A stretch of 64,000 nucleotides of DNA from Phoronis australis (Eukaryota > Animalia > Phoronida). The position numbers and the translations under genes are program-made. Shown here one piece after another: positions 39,753-52,032 of this stretch (the stretch's first letter is position 1; the number at the start of each line of letters is the position of its first letter). Under the pieces are notes generated by a model that saw only the letters and a list, made by a program, of their open reading frames with translations, had not been told where the DNA came from and ran no database searches. The stretch lies in the NCBI GenBank assembly GCA_002633005.1, contig NMRA01001022.1, forward strand, positions 4,982 through 68,981, given 5' to 3'.

Positions 39753-40207
39753 TGACTCGGCTGAAGTCGGATAAGGTCATTACTGCTGGGCTTTTCTAAT
39801 TAAGCACGCCGTGAGAACAAGAACTACCCTGTGCAAAGGATTCACACAATGCTATTTTTGTGTTGGAGAGCAGTTGTTTGGGTGTCAAACTATGTCTTCA
39901 ACACATCTACTTTGCATTCAAACTGCACTTTTTAGTCGTCGTCTCTCCCTCAATTGAGGGAACAGTTTTTAAACTCCGTTAAAGCGGTTGTTGACATGTG
40001 TTCAAAGCTTCTTATGTATGCTATTCATTCATATCAACATGTTTTCTATGTATGTACACTTCAACACTGACTCAAGAACCATATGAACCATTCGGGTTTC
40101 TGAATTCTCAATCCACCCCCCTGCATTACCGACAGGCCGAACTATTTCCAATATTCGCCTCCATTTTTGTCTTTCAGGTGTCACTTCTTTAACTTTCTAT
40201 TTTGTAG

Positions 40208-40392
40208 CTGGAAATCACGTAAAAAATAATTTCATGCTCGCTTCTGCGACAACGGTACTAACATGGGGTCTTATGGAATACGGCCACGCGTACTACAGAG
40301 CCGGAGCATACTGGGGTATGGTGAGGAACATCAAGTGGATTTTAGACTATTTCATCAAATGTCACAGAGGAAAATTTCTGTACTACGCACAG
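40208..40392 (+). CDS. GH9 gene, exon 3
   Basis: Reads AGNHVKNNFMLASATTVLTWG..IKWILDYFIKCH..YAQ; phase 1 to phase 0. Confidence 0.92.
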
Positions 40393-40545
40393 GTGGGTGT
40401 TCTTAAGGTTATTGGTAGCCTTATGGGCGTGTTTGTGCATTTAGTCTGTCAAATATTCATACGTAAAAAGCTATCTAACACTAAAAGTTTGTTCTGAAAG
40501 TAGAAAGTGGCTGTACTTCGGGAGCAAGTTTTCGGTTATACAGAA

Positions 40546-40673
40546 TTGGTTAAACGCACGACACTTTTCATTGTTCACAGTCTTTATTCTGTTACGTTCA
40601 TACCTTCGGAACAAGGTATGAACGTAACGGAATAAAGACTTTGAACAATTAAAAGTGTCGTGCGTTTAACCAA
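40546..40673. repeat. 61-bp-arm fold-back hairpin in GH9 intron 3
   Basis: Arms 40546-40606 and 40613-40673 are complementary at 58/61 positions; loop CGGAAC. Confidence 0.9.
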
Positions 40674-41145
40674 AGTAGAAAGTGTATAGATTTTAGTTCT
40701 GGTCTTGTGTGACCCTAAGTTTCATTGATTGAGGTATGTGACCTTGTGGTTTTAGTGAAATTTAGAAGAACAGATAGGTACGTTTATTGCGAAAAGACTA
40801 CCAAACTTTCCATTCGATATGAATATTCAAGATAAAATTGATGAAACGCTGTTAATTTTCTTGAATAATTTTCATCTCATTTAACTTCAGATTTTTTAAT
40901 AAAGATCAGAAAAGTCCCAATTTTCCAGACAGTCCGTCTTATTCTAAAGTAAAAACAATAATGAAAAAACAATTTCTGACAGCAATTTGGAGAACAACGC
41001 ATATAATTTTTGCAATGCCATTTCAGTCTGTTCAACCATTTCTGACCTACAACGTTCCATATTCTTACAATTTTCGAGGATTATTCATAATCTTCTATAG
41101 CCCGATAAATCATGGTTCTTAGATATTGGGTAATATGTTATTCAG

Positions 41146-41311
41146 GTTGGAGACGGTGAAACCGACATCAAGAAATGGATACGAGCAGAGGACTTAGATC
41201 CGAACGACTATCGACCAGCCTATCAAGTTAATGCGACACATCCGGGTTCTGACGTTGTGGGCGAGGCTGCTGCTGCTATGGCTGCTGGGTCGATTCTTTT
41301 CAAGAGAATTT
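41146..41311 (+). CDS. GH9 gene, exon 4
   Basis: Reads VGDGETDIKKWIRAED..RPAYQVNATHPGSDVVGEAAAAMAAGSILF; phase 0 to phase 1. Confidence 0.92.
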
Positions 41312-41976
41312 GTACGTAATGATCGGATAAGTGAAGTAAATATTCATTTAAGGTCCAGTCCGAGTAATTAAACCTGGTAAATATATATTATATGTTTATA
41401 CGGGTGCTTACCTAATACAACGTGGAGACGTCCCACAAAAGTTCTAAAAGATTGTTAAATTATTTCTTTAAATACAGTAGAATTTATTCACTCTTTTTCA
41501 GTAGGTATAAGGGGTTTGTGGTAAAAAAGCCATCATTTAGTTTCATTTTGAGACGATACTCGACAAAATGATCTCACAATTGATCTTGTGTTTTGGTCTC
41601 CATGATACAAATTCGGCTTGCGTGTTATTTCTTATTTTTATATTCAGTTTAACGAGTTTTTCGACAGGATTTGTTCAAATTAGGCTGATGTTTTATACTG
41701 CTCTATTGTCACATTTTCAAACGTCTGTAAATTCATAACTGCTAAAGACATTATGACCACGTGACCTCATGCAATTTATTTCTCGCGTCACAGAGAAAGC
41801 AAATTGAAAATTACGCTGTCAGTCTTCAAGTTATGTAGATTATCTAGCTTGCCACCACAGCCACTAGGGCCGCTAGTTTGAGGCTGAGAGTGAGCACTTG
41901 CCGAGTTCACGAGCTTTTACTCTTCCTAGTGTATCTAAACTGTTTGGTAATAGTGTTATCACGTTCTTTTTGTCAG

Positions 41977-42088
41977 GTCCAACATTCTCAAGGAAGCTGC
42001 TGAGGCATGCGGAAAACCTGTTCCAGTTCGCGTACCAAAAACGAGGGAAATACTCTGACTCCATACCACAAGTTAAAAAGTTTTACGG
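41977..42088 (+). CDS. GH9 gene, exon 5 (last exon found)
   Basis: Reads PTFSRKLLRHAENLFQFAYQKRGKYSDSIPQVKKFY; GTAAG donor. Downstream exons were not found. Confidence 0.9.
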
Positions 42089-42784
42089 GTAAGATCCAGC
42101 CCAAGGCAAATGAACATTTGTATAAAGACACAAGATCAAACAGTTTTGGTCTGTGCTAAGCGCCATTTCATTGTCACCTTGCGTCAAACTGCGAAGCCCC
42201 CTTTGCACAATTTTGAAGACGATGCCAGGTTTCGTACGTGGTATGCGATTTTGTCATTGGCAACTCTACAAGTTTTCATAAACTGGGTGACTGTTTCGCG
42301 GGAATAAACGTGACACACTGGGAACGATAGGAGCCAAGGCCCACCTAAGGAAAATTTGTTTCCGTTGATTTATGAAAAAAGGTTAGCTCCCGACCCTGTA
42401 TATTTCGATGAATACTGTTTCTGTGATACTGCTTACGATTGTCGTTTCAACACTGACAAAGCAATCAAAGGCACCACACCGATTGCGATGTCACTCTGCC
42501 AAGCATTCGTGGTTTTGGGAGGCAGTGCCTCGTGAGGGCAAGTATTTACAATCAAGCTGCTTTTAAACCCTTCACACCATGGTCATAAATGCTTGAATTC
42601 AGTAATCAACAATTCTGGTATATTTTATCCATGTCTTCTTCAATTTGTTTACGTTTAATCACGAAATGAACGCAAAAAATAAAATAATAAAATTTGTGTG
42701 TGATGTATCGGTGAATCCGATCTCTGCCACTATGTTTCTCTACACCAACCGCGAGCTTCGAAAACTAGTGAGTTCGACTGAGTA

Positions 42785-43000
42785 TTTTGGAAAATTGCGT
42801 GTGCGCAGGAGGCAGTAAAAGCAATCGGATAGACAATATTTCCAAAAAAACCCATAAGATCGCCCAGAAATGGCACAGGTTCGTGTGTCAGACACGGGTA
42901 TGGCAGCAGACAGTAAAGTAAGCGATCAGTTCAGGAGCCACGCTGTGCTCAGTTCATTTTGAAGAATCGTGCTTCGATCCGTAGCAGAAACGGTTGTCTG
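42785..43000 (+). mobile_element. Degenerate THAP domain of a DNA transposon (Kolobok-like)
   Basis: Reads NCVCAG..FPKK..QKWHRFVCQTRVW..GATLCSVHFEESCFD; same style as the THAP at about 5930-6170. Confidence 0.6.
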
Positions 43001-43216
43001 GTGAAAGTTTGTCCAACGTGTAAGTGCACTTAAAGGAGAAAAAGTGTTGTATTGCGCCATTGCTGGGAACGTAGTTGTCAGGAAGATAATGAGTATGAGA
43101 CTCACCATCAAATTGTGACTGAGATAATTAATGGGACTGCAGAAAGTTTCCATCAGTCTATTCTTGTTCACGATTGTGAGAGATGCATGCTATCCACATA
43201 TACGTCAATGATCAAT

Positions 43217-45578
43217 GGGGCTATTCGGAAAATCTACAACAACTAGAGGGCGTGCGTGTACTAGTGGTGATAGATTAACAGCCTCGATTTCGCGAGCCCT
43301 TTAAATACATGGTGAAATGGCTTGCAGCCGTGCCAACTGAATCTGAGATTGCGTAAAAAGGGCGCTTCTTTGAGGGGAAGTAAGCACGACCTCGTACAAA
43401 GGTAAGGTTTGTGATCATTTTAACGATTATTCCATGATTATTCTACCGATGAATGTTAACTGAGGCACTCACCGATGTCGACTTCGCGGCAGTCAGTCGC
43501 CAGCCAGAGTCTGGTTAATCTTTGTATGTCCTTTTGTGATATGTGATACGATACTGGACGTAGCAATCGGGAACATTTCGTACATCAAAGCATTATTATT
43601 GTTTGGAATGATTTCTAAAAGTTTATCAGTGACAGTTACATCAATCAATGCTGAATATTTGTGCTGTCAACTCGATACAGGTTAACTATGAGTTAAGATT
43701 ACAATCTAATCCCAATGGCAAAGAGTACGTGAGTGATAAATATCCATTGCATTAGACTATTTGTTTACTCCCTATCATATGTCTTCTGGAAATCTATCAC
43801 GTCAGTTTTCACGTAACCTTTGGTTTTTAGGTTTGAAGGCTTGTACCGTGCAGAGGAGACATGCATCGCTTATGCACCGTCCCTGAATGGGCAAAAATTG
43901 GTTTTTAGCATTTGACTGCAGCTAACCAACAAGATCTTCCCATCCAGTGCAGATCTGTTGTCAAAGCCTACTTTCAATATTGGAGACAACGAACAAAGCC
44001 TTTGAAAAGGAACAGCTATTTTTTTAAAAATGACTTTAAAAAGTCATTTTGTTAAATTACTTATTCAGGTCCCGAAGGCGGATTGGCATGGGGGGTTGTA
44101 ATATTTGGTACAACTGAATGTGTGGAAATAACAGGTAATACATGTCTGGGGAAAAGAGCATGGTGAGGTAATTCTTAACCTTCACGAAGTCCCTTCAAGT
44201 TGATTTCATGAAACTGTTTTGCTACTTGTATCAATTGTAAAACCACGAAAATATATTACATTTTCCGAATTCACAGTGACTGAATAGTCTTAACTCATGC
44301 CTTGAAATGTTGCAAGTCGTTATAAATTCAAATGACTGTCATTTTTGTGAAAATTGCATTTTTGATGGTGCCTTNNNNNNNNNNNNNNNNNNNNNNNNNN
44401 NNNNNNNNNNNNNNNNNNNNNNNNNNNNNNNNNNNNNNNNNNNNNNNNNNNNNNNNNNNNNNNNNNNNNNNNNNNNNNNNNNNNNNNNNNNNNNNNNNNN
44501 NNNNNNNNNNNNNNNNNNNNNNNNNNNNNNNNNNNNNNNNNNNNNNNNNNNNNNNNNNNNNNNNNNNNNNNNNNNNNNNNNNNNNNNNNNNNNNNNNNNN
44601 NNNNNNNNNNNNNNNNNNNNNNNNNNNNNNNNNNNNNNNNNNNNNNNNNNNNNNNNNNNNNNNNNNNNNNNNNNNNNNNNNNNNNNNNNNNNNNNNNNNN
44701 NNNNNNNNNNNNNNNNNNNNNNNNNNNNNNNNNNNNNNNNNNNNNNNNNNNNNNNNNNNNNNNNNNNNNNNNNNNNNNNNNNNNNNNNNNNNNNNNNNNN
44801 NNNNNNNNNNNNNNNNNNNNNNNNNNNNNNNNNNNNNNNNNNNNNNNNNNNNNNNNNNNNNNNNNNNNNNNNNNNNNNNNNNNNNNNNNNNNNNNNNNNN
44901 NNNNNNNNNNNNNNNNNNNNNNNNNNNNNNNNNNNNNNNNNNNNNNNNNNNNNNNNNNNNNNNNNNNNNNNNNNNNNNNNNNNNNNNNNNNNNNNNNNNN
45001 NNNNNNNNNNNNNNNNNNNNNNNNNNNNNNNNNNNNNNNNNNNNNNNNNNNNNNNNNNNNNNNNNNNNNNNNNNNNNNNNNNNNNNNNNNNNNNNNNNNN
45101 NNNNNNNNNNNNNNNNNNNNNNNNNNNNNNNNNNNNNNNNNNNNNNNNNNNNNNNNNNNNNNNNNNNNNNNNNNNNNNNNNNNNNNNNNNNNNNNNNNNN
45201 NNNNNNNNNNNNNNNNNNNNNNNNNNNNNNNNNNNNNNNNNNNNNNNNNNNNNNNNNNNNNNNNNNNNNNNNNNNNNNNNNNNNNNNNNNNNNNNNNNNN
45301 NNNNNNNNNNNNNNNNNNNNNNNNNNNNNNNNNNNNNNNNNNNNNGTTGACCGCAATTGTCCACGAATATAGTAACCTTAGGTCTTTTTGGGAATTTGTG
45401 GCCACCTGTCGAAGACTTGCACCAGGGAAATTAGCAGTAATAAAGCTTAGCGCGACGACGTATTTTGATAAAAATTCCATCTTTTACCAGTTGTTTACAT
45501 GCAGACAGCGACGCATGCGGAATTCAATCACCACTAGTACAGCAGCGACACCGCGAGGAGAATTCTCCGAATAGCCCC
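43217..45578. mobile_element. ISL2EU-like DNA transposon spanning the gap
   Basis: TIRs GGGGCTATTCGGA / TCCGAATAGCCCC flanked by AT on both sides. Plus-strand SAP-like exon (LRKKGASLRGSKHDLVQR|gtaag, about 43345-43401) and minus-strand THAP start at 45346-45500, in convergent orientation. Confidence 0.75.
44375..45345. other. Assembly gap
   Basis: Run of N. Confidence 1.
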
Positions 45579-48500
45579 ATTATAGAAAATGGGATCGTAG
45601 AGGTCACGACCGCAGTCGGCACAGAGGCTGGAGACGGACACTGGACCGAAATAATCGACGAATCATAACGGTACAAAGTTTTCATAATTTTGGAACAGAC
45701 AAGACAGAAACGTCTGCCATGTACAAGAAATAAAATCCACTTAGCATAACTATAATTAGATAAAATTGTTTCTGACAAGGGTACTCGGCACTCGAAGAAT
45801 TGAAATCAGTGTCCGCTATTCGCGACTGGGCATTGGCAGTCAGGGTAAAACTTCGGTTAGATTTGCAGTTCGAGACGCGTCACCTACTCGACATTAATGC
45901 GGTTAGAAAATCAAATCGTGATTCAATAGAAGGTTTCAATAACCAATCCGAATTTAAGACTGTCCGCAAACTATTTAGGCCGGCTTCGACTCGGCTTTAC
46001 TCGACATGAGACGCCGGCGAAGTCTAACTCATCACCTCTTTCACCAATGACCTGAGTGTCGTGTTCAACCCCATATCCACACCTGTCTTCATAATACTCG
46101 TCGAGCTCGCTCTCTAAGTCTTCGTAACTTACAACGCCCCATCGCATACATACTGTCAAGTGATCAAGGTATTCTATTGATGACATCACGTGCCGGGAAA
46201 CCAACGAATCATAATTTTTCTTTAAAATATAAAATTCCTCGTTTCCCAAAATAAGTTATAAAAATATTTCACACAATTTAAAACCTCAAAGAGTGCAGAA
46301 ATCTATTGTCCAAACGCTTTAAGAAATGCGTTTTTTGTACATAACTTAGTCAGCAATGATAGAATTCCACGGTTAGAATAAACTTCTCAGAGGTAAAATT
46401 TATTTTCGAATAATTACAAAACATTTAAAGTTAAGGCTTCTATAATATAAAATGCATCATTCGCGCAAACTCCGTCTCCCCAGCTCCACTACAGACCTTC
46501 GTTGCGCCCATTTCGGCACCACCTTGGTTCGAGGTAATGCCCCGGCCCCCCTATTTAGATTCGAGATGTTCTATTGTTTTCTCGCCGGCCGTTTTTTCGC
46601 GGACGCGGAGAGAGGGTGGCCACTTTCGTACTGGCTTTGGTGACGTCAGTGCGTCGGCTTAATTTCACTCCCTCCGGCTCCTGTCGTGTATATAATTCAT
46701 CGGGCCTGTCGCCGCCAAAATGAATTATGTCATTAAAAATGCACTCTTCCTTGAGTAAGCTAAATTATTTACCGGCGTTTTACCGTTATTCTGCTGCTAA
46801 AATTGTGATGCGCTCTGTTGGGTCGGCTTTCGGCGCCATTGCATCACCTATTGGCCAGGATTCAATCAACCGTTCTTCTCTTCCACGAGGTCGCGTACAT
46901 GTCATAACAATCGGAACTGGTCTCATTTCGTTACAAGTTTTTACATGGGCGGCGTAGCACTGAAAAAGTGTAGGCTATACCCCCCTGTGGCGCATTTATA
47001 CTTTGTGTACAATGGCAGTATTTTTAATGCTTCCTTAATTTTCATTTAAAAGAAAAGCTGATTACCGTATATTATGTTATGACAGAGTCAAACCTTCTGG
47101 AAAGAAAAACTATTTTTACTGCCTGGGGAAAGAATGCCGCAGTCGCACACCCTGCCTGAATCTGACAAAAATTCTAATAGAAGCTTTAAAATAAAACGGT
47201 CTCTTCAAGAAATATCCCTGTCTCTTGCAACGAACATTAATGTTCACTTGAATGTGTAGCTATTTTCCCTCGGCATTTCCCATACACTAGCTGCTACCCT
47301 TGGGCACGGGTCACGGCTAGTTCTTTTTAATTTTTTTTTTAAATGAATATAATATTTCGCGTGCTATAGAAACCAGTTGGGTAATTTGTTTTCTTTTGTG
47401 AACGGAGTTCCAGATGAAGTTTGGAGTCGACTTTTACGTTTCTCCTGCAAAAGTTATCGTTTGAAAGGAATGGACTATTTCTATCCAAAATGTCATTCAA
47501 ATAAAAAATATTGCCCGATTATTAGAAAGTTGTGTGTCTGCATGCATATGACCGTTGAGAACAAATGCCACGAGTCACCTCACGCCTCTGTGACTTTGTT
47601 TTCACGAACACAGCAAGTTGGGAAAAGAGATACATCCTCACCCAAATCCCTTAATTCTGGTAATTTGACATTTCGCTTATTTCAATCTCATGCTCACGAC
47701 GTGCTTTAATCACCGACCCAATTTCTGTATCTACTTTGTACTTGGTTTTCAGCGTGTGGTGTGTATAACAGTGAACTGTTGACTTAATTTAAGTGGACCA
47801 CAGTGCACCAGCTTGACCCACTTAATATGCTGGCTCCACCCGCGACCAGATCGACTTGGTTTAAATTAAAAGTTTTTGTGATAATTAAGTTAATTACGCA
47901 CTGCAAATTCAGATGACATTGCTCGTAAATGTTGAAATAGTGAACGCGGCTAAGGTATGTATAGCCTAGATTGACCAAAAACAAGTTTTCAACGAATAAT
48001 TAACCGAAGTCCTTTAGATTTCCTTGTCTCGTCATTCAATTGGCTTTATCTCGGCTTCGGCAAATCGGCTTAATTTGAGATTAGAAACACGAATTCTCAA
48101 AAAACGGCAGGGTGGATTTCGCTGAAACTTTCCAAACGTAATATTTATTCATCACTTTCAATAACAGTTTTAGGATTTTTAATATAAAGGTCCAGTTTTT
48201 GCGTAATGTAACAAAGACGAAAACGACTTCTATTTCTTTTACAAAAATACTTTACGTTTTGCGAGTTGATTTGTCATAGAAATCAAACAAATAGGCTCAT
48301 AAAAAATTCCTAACAGCGTTTTGGGTAACTGGTGAAGTTTCCATTCAAGAAGGGTTTCATAAAAGTCTACCGAGGGTTATTTTGCTTTGAATGTACCTTT
48401 CCTAAACAGGAAATCTTGACTTAAAAAGGTGTTGACGTAATAATAATCATAATGACACATAAATGTAAAAAAAAAAAATTATATATTCCCTGGTCGTATT

Positions 48501-48669
48501 TGTTTCAGAAAAAATATACTTTTACTACAGTGAAGTTGACAAAGCCTACTTTTCTGATATACCAGTTAAAACTGAGGCCACTTGATAGGGCTTGAGATAA
48601 TCTTAAGTGAATGGCTATGGGTGAAACATTACTAAGCTCACCCGATCTTGAATTTTTGTTGATTGATCC

Positions 48670-49923
48670 CAGTGGCGGATCTACGGGGGGGTTCAGGGGG
48701 TTTAAACCCCCCCCTTGGGCCACGACCCAAAAATAAAAAAAAACAAAACGTCCCCAGCAAAACAAAAACGGCACTGTCAGCGTGTGTAAACCTCAAGTAA
48801 ACCAACTTGGAAAAAATTGAGGGGGGTTCACTCTATATTTTTTGCATTGTGAATTGCTGATCTGAAAATCAACGCATTTCGATTCTTCGTTGCTCATCGG
48901 CAAAATGCGCGGAGATCAATTGTGCGCGCGCTTCCGTCGACACTTCTGAAGTAGCCAAGCATTTTAGATGGCTCCACCGCTGAAAGAGCAGCTCTATAGT
49001 CGATTTCTTTAGATAACTAGCTTCTTTACTCTAAGATATGTTTTGATTTGATTAGGGAAAATACTGTGGTGCCGCAACCCTGATATTCAAGCGAATTGAC
49101 GTGCAACGTTTTTACCTCATCTGTCATGCCGTGTCATGCTATTACACTCCACACGTTTGTAACTCGAATTTAGCTGGTGTATAGTACAGTTGTCTTGCGC
49201 AATATCATACAGTGTACATGTAATATTTTTGAAAAAAAATCGTTTTCCGAAGAATTGCTATTTTGGCGGGCGCCGTGGTCCGATTCCGTTTGAAGATGCA
49301 CTTTAACTAGTTATGTCTATACAAGGAATGACCAAGGAGGCACTCACATTGACAAAGTGACCGCATTCGCGAACAGTGTACAGCACCAGAAGTTGCGGGG
49401 AGGCTGTACTTTCACAACAAAGTCTTGCAGGACTCGTGCGATGTTCAATAGACATCCTAAGGAGCCCTAGTTCCGACCTCAACACCTACCGTCTTTCTAC
49501 CCGCAATAAGCACCACTGCCGTCTTCTATACTGGGAATTTCCGCAGAAAGTCCCACCCGACGAAACGCCCATGCCCATTGGCATTTATTTGATGTTAGTA
49601 CTTCGGGTTTCAAGCGTTCAGACATTGGGACGTTTATTTCGAAAATTGCAAGAGATGCAAATAGGTCCTGGGATACATCGTCAAGGTTTGAAGTAGTCCA
49701 TGATGAACGGATCAAATTTAGTTGCGCATGTAAGTCTTTTGAATGGACTTGGCAACCTCAGGGGGCTTGGTGCCAACTGAGCTGCGAAACGAGATGCTGA
49801 CATTGCAGAGGCTTACAAGCTCATTGACAGAGCAGTTGACGAAGTGCAAGCGTTGGGATCAAACATCGAAGATGTCTGGGTAGAATGGTTCCAAGACGAG
49901 CAAACCATTGGATCCGATAATAA
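48670..49923 (+). mobile_element. hAT (Tip100/PRKRIR-like) transposon remnant, cut by the gap
   Basis: CAGTGGCGGATCTACGGGGGG terminus; about 49755-49920 reads NLRGL..RDADIAEAYKLIDRAVDEVQALGSNIEDVWVEWF, like hAT transposase upstream of the dimerisation domain. Confidence 0.65.
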
Positions 49924-50040
49924 NNNNNNNNNNNNNNNNNNNNNNNNNNNNNNNNNNNNNNNNNNNNNNNNNNNNNNNNNNNNNNNNNNNNNNNNNNNNN
50001 NNNNNNNNNNNNNNNNNNNNNNNNNNNNNNNNNNNNNNNN
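49924..50040. other. Assembly gap
   Basis: Run of N. Confidence 1.
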
Positions 50041-52032
50041 GGTCGGGATGGTACAAGAGTATATCAAATACTGTAATATGCGTCTATTACCCCTGTTTCC
50101 TGCTTGCACCCTGTCCTGACTGAAGGTCCGCCACAAGTCGAAAGCAATCGTATTCATTGAAAAGAAATAAACAAGAAACGCCCACTGTGTGAAGGCACCA
50201 ACGACAACACAAGCCTCGAGATGATTGGCAGCTTGAATTTTCACCATAAATGAAATATTCGATACAAATAGGGAAATTGACACGATCAACTGCAGTTTTC
50301 CAGGAAAGCTGCGATAGAGAGGCACAAAGAACTGTAGAATAATTCTCACAAGGAGACATAATTCAGAAATTATCAAGCAGACCACAGTAACAATGCCCAT
50401 TGCTTCTGTAACAGGCGGTGGAGACGATGTCGCGTTTATTATTGTTAAATTCTTGTCTTTGCAAATCAGAACGCTTTTGTTGTCCACCACTACAAACTCA
50501 GTTGAGTCAAGTAACACCGTGTTGTTAAATAGAGCAGAGCCATTCTGATACAGCTTAAACAAGCTTCTTGGAAATGAAACTCTGGCACAGTCAGTGTTGT
50601 TAGCCGTAATTGTGTTGTTACAGTTTTGCTCTAAATAATTCGTTGCAACAATGTCAACAAATTCACCATATGCATTCTGTTCAAACCACGTAGCAAGACG
50701 GGCATTTAAAGTCATAATTGTCTCTCTTGACTTGTTTGCTTCTATTTCGTAATCACATGGCAGATTATGTACTTGTAAAAATTTAATAACAACCGAAGTT
50801 CTCACTCCTGGATTGGTGTCACTGAATACTATGTCAGGTTCCAAGTGCCACGTGAAATATTGCGACAATTTTTTAATAAGTTCGTACCCCTTCAATACAC
50901 GTTGTCTGTCTGATCTCTCATAGGTAATGTTTAGAACTACTTTAGATAAAATATTCCTGATTTGACATCGGCCGTCGATATTTTCATACCCATCTTGACA
51001 TCGAATAATTTGACAGTCGTCCAAGCCTAGCGTTTCACACACTGCTTGCGCGCTGGAGTTTTTCTGGCCTACGGAGCTGGAGAGTCCTACATTAAGTTCT
51101 CCTGAAGGATTAACATTTACTAAAAGGGAATACGAGAACTTCCAGAAGTGTGCGCCAGCACGCAATGGTGGCCACTGGGCTAAGCAATTGTCAAGGGGCA
51201 GTGAAATGTTGTTGCACATAGCACATGTTGGATTTTTGAAATGATAGCTTCTGAAGTCGGAGTCGAAGTAGGAAAATAAAAGTTGATAACGAGCACACTC
51301 AGAGACAATTTCGGGCGAGACATCGCAATCCTTGCTACACCTATTGATGTAGTTCTCGGTACAAAGTCGGTCATAACTATGCGTATTGTTGAATAGGGCG
51401 CGGCATTTGGAATCGTTGCGCTTCAGCATCAATTCGTGAAAAGTGACTTGAACAGGTTCTGTAGCAGTGCCTTCGCAGTCTAAAATGAACTTCCAAAACT
51501 GAACAGCTCTGACTCCATTGCAAGCAGCACAGTGGTAGTTTTTGTAATGTATTTTAGTCTTGTTATCGAAGACTGGGATTTCCGATAATATGTCAGATTT
51601 GCTATGTTCACACAATGCAGCTTCTACGGAACCCTTCTCGCCCTTTGGACAACCAGCTACGAGCAAAAAGTATCCATTTGTGGTATCTTTACACTCGATT
51701 GTAGTTTTTTCCGAGCGACTAGTGCTGGCGGAATAAATTGTACACTCGTCAACGAAATCTATGCAACAATCTTGATATATGGTACACAAAAGGTCACAAG
51801 AACACATCCAGTCATCGCGAGTGTTGGAAATACTGCCACATCTATTACTACACGAAAACGGATTTGGTCTGTCCCTGAACACGTCTCTTCCGAGATTTAA
51901 ACAGTGTCCTGTTGCCTTTTCCGCACTGCGTATTTCATCTGTGGATGAACATCCTCTTGCATAACACGAACATAACCGACTTAAAAGAAACACTGCGGAC
52001 AGGAGCAACGTACACGTACTGACGGAAGACAT
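50041..52032 (-). CDS. Class B (methuselah/adhesion-like) GPCR with somatomedin-B-like Cys-rich ectodomain; TM5-7 missing at the gap
   Basis: 664 uninterrupted codons: signal peptide, CSNRC..CSCDLLCTIYQDCCIDF (SMB-like), two [YF]KNxxCAxCN motifs, then TM1-4 with SFPGK, ACVVVGAFTQWAFLVYFFSMNTIAFDLWRTF. Confidence 0.88.

Noticed and set aside
44069-44134. Candidate GH9 exon 6 (GGLAWGVV resembling DELAW)
   Set aside because: Wrong splice phase relative to exon 5, lacks DEL, and lies inside the ISL2EU-like element.
44307-45480. Long ORFs of 340-390 aa in the track (also 60959-62168)
   Set aside because: They are artefacts of translating N runs.
49813-49923. C-terminal tail of the 739-aa GPCR ORF beyond the gap
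   Set aside because: It is not GPCR-like; the opposite strand is hAT transposase. The frame continuity comes from the Ns.
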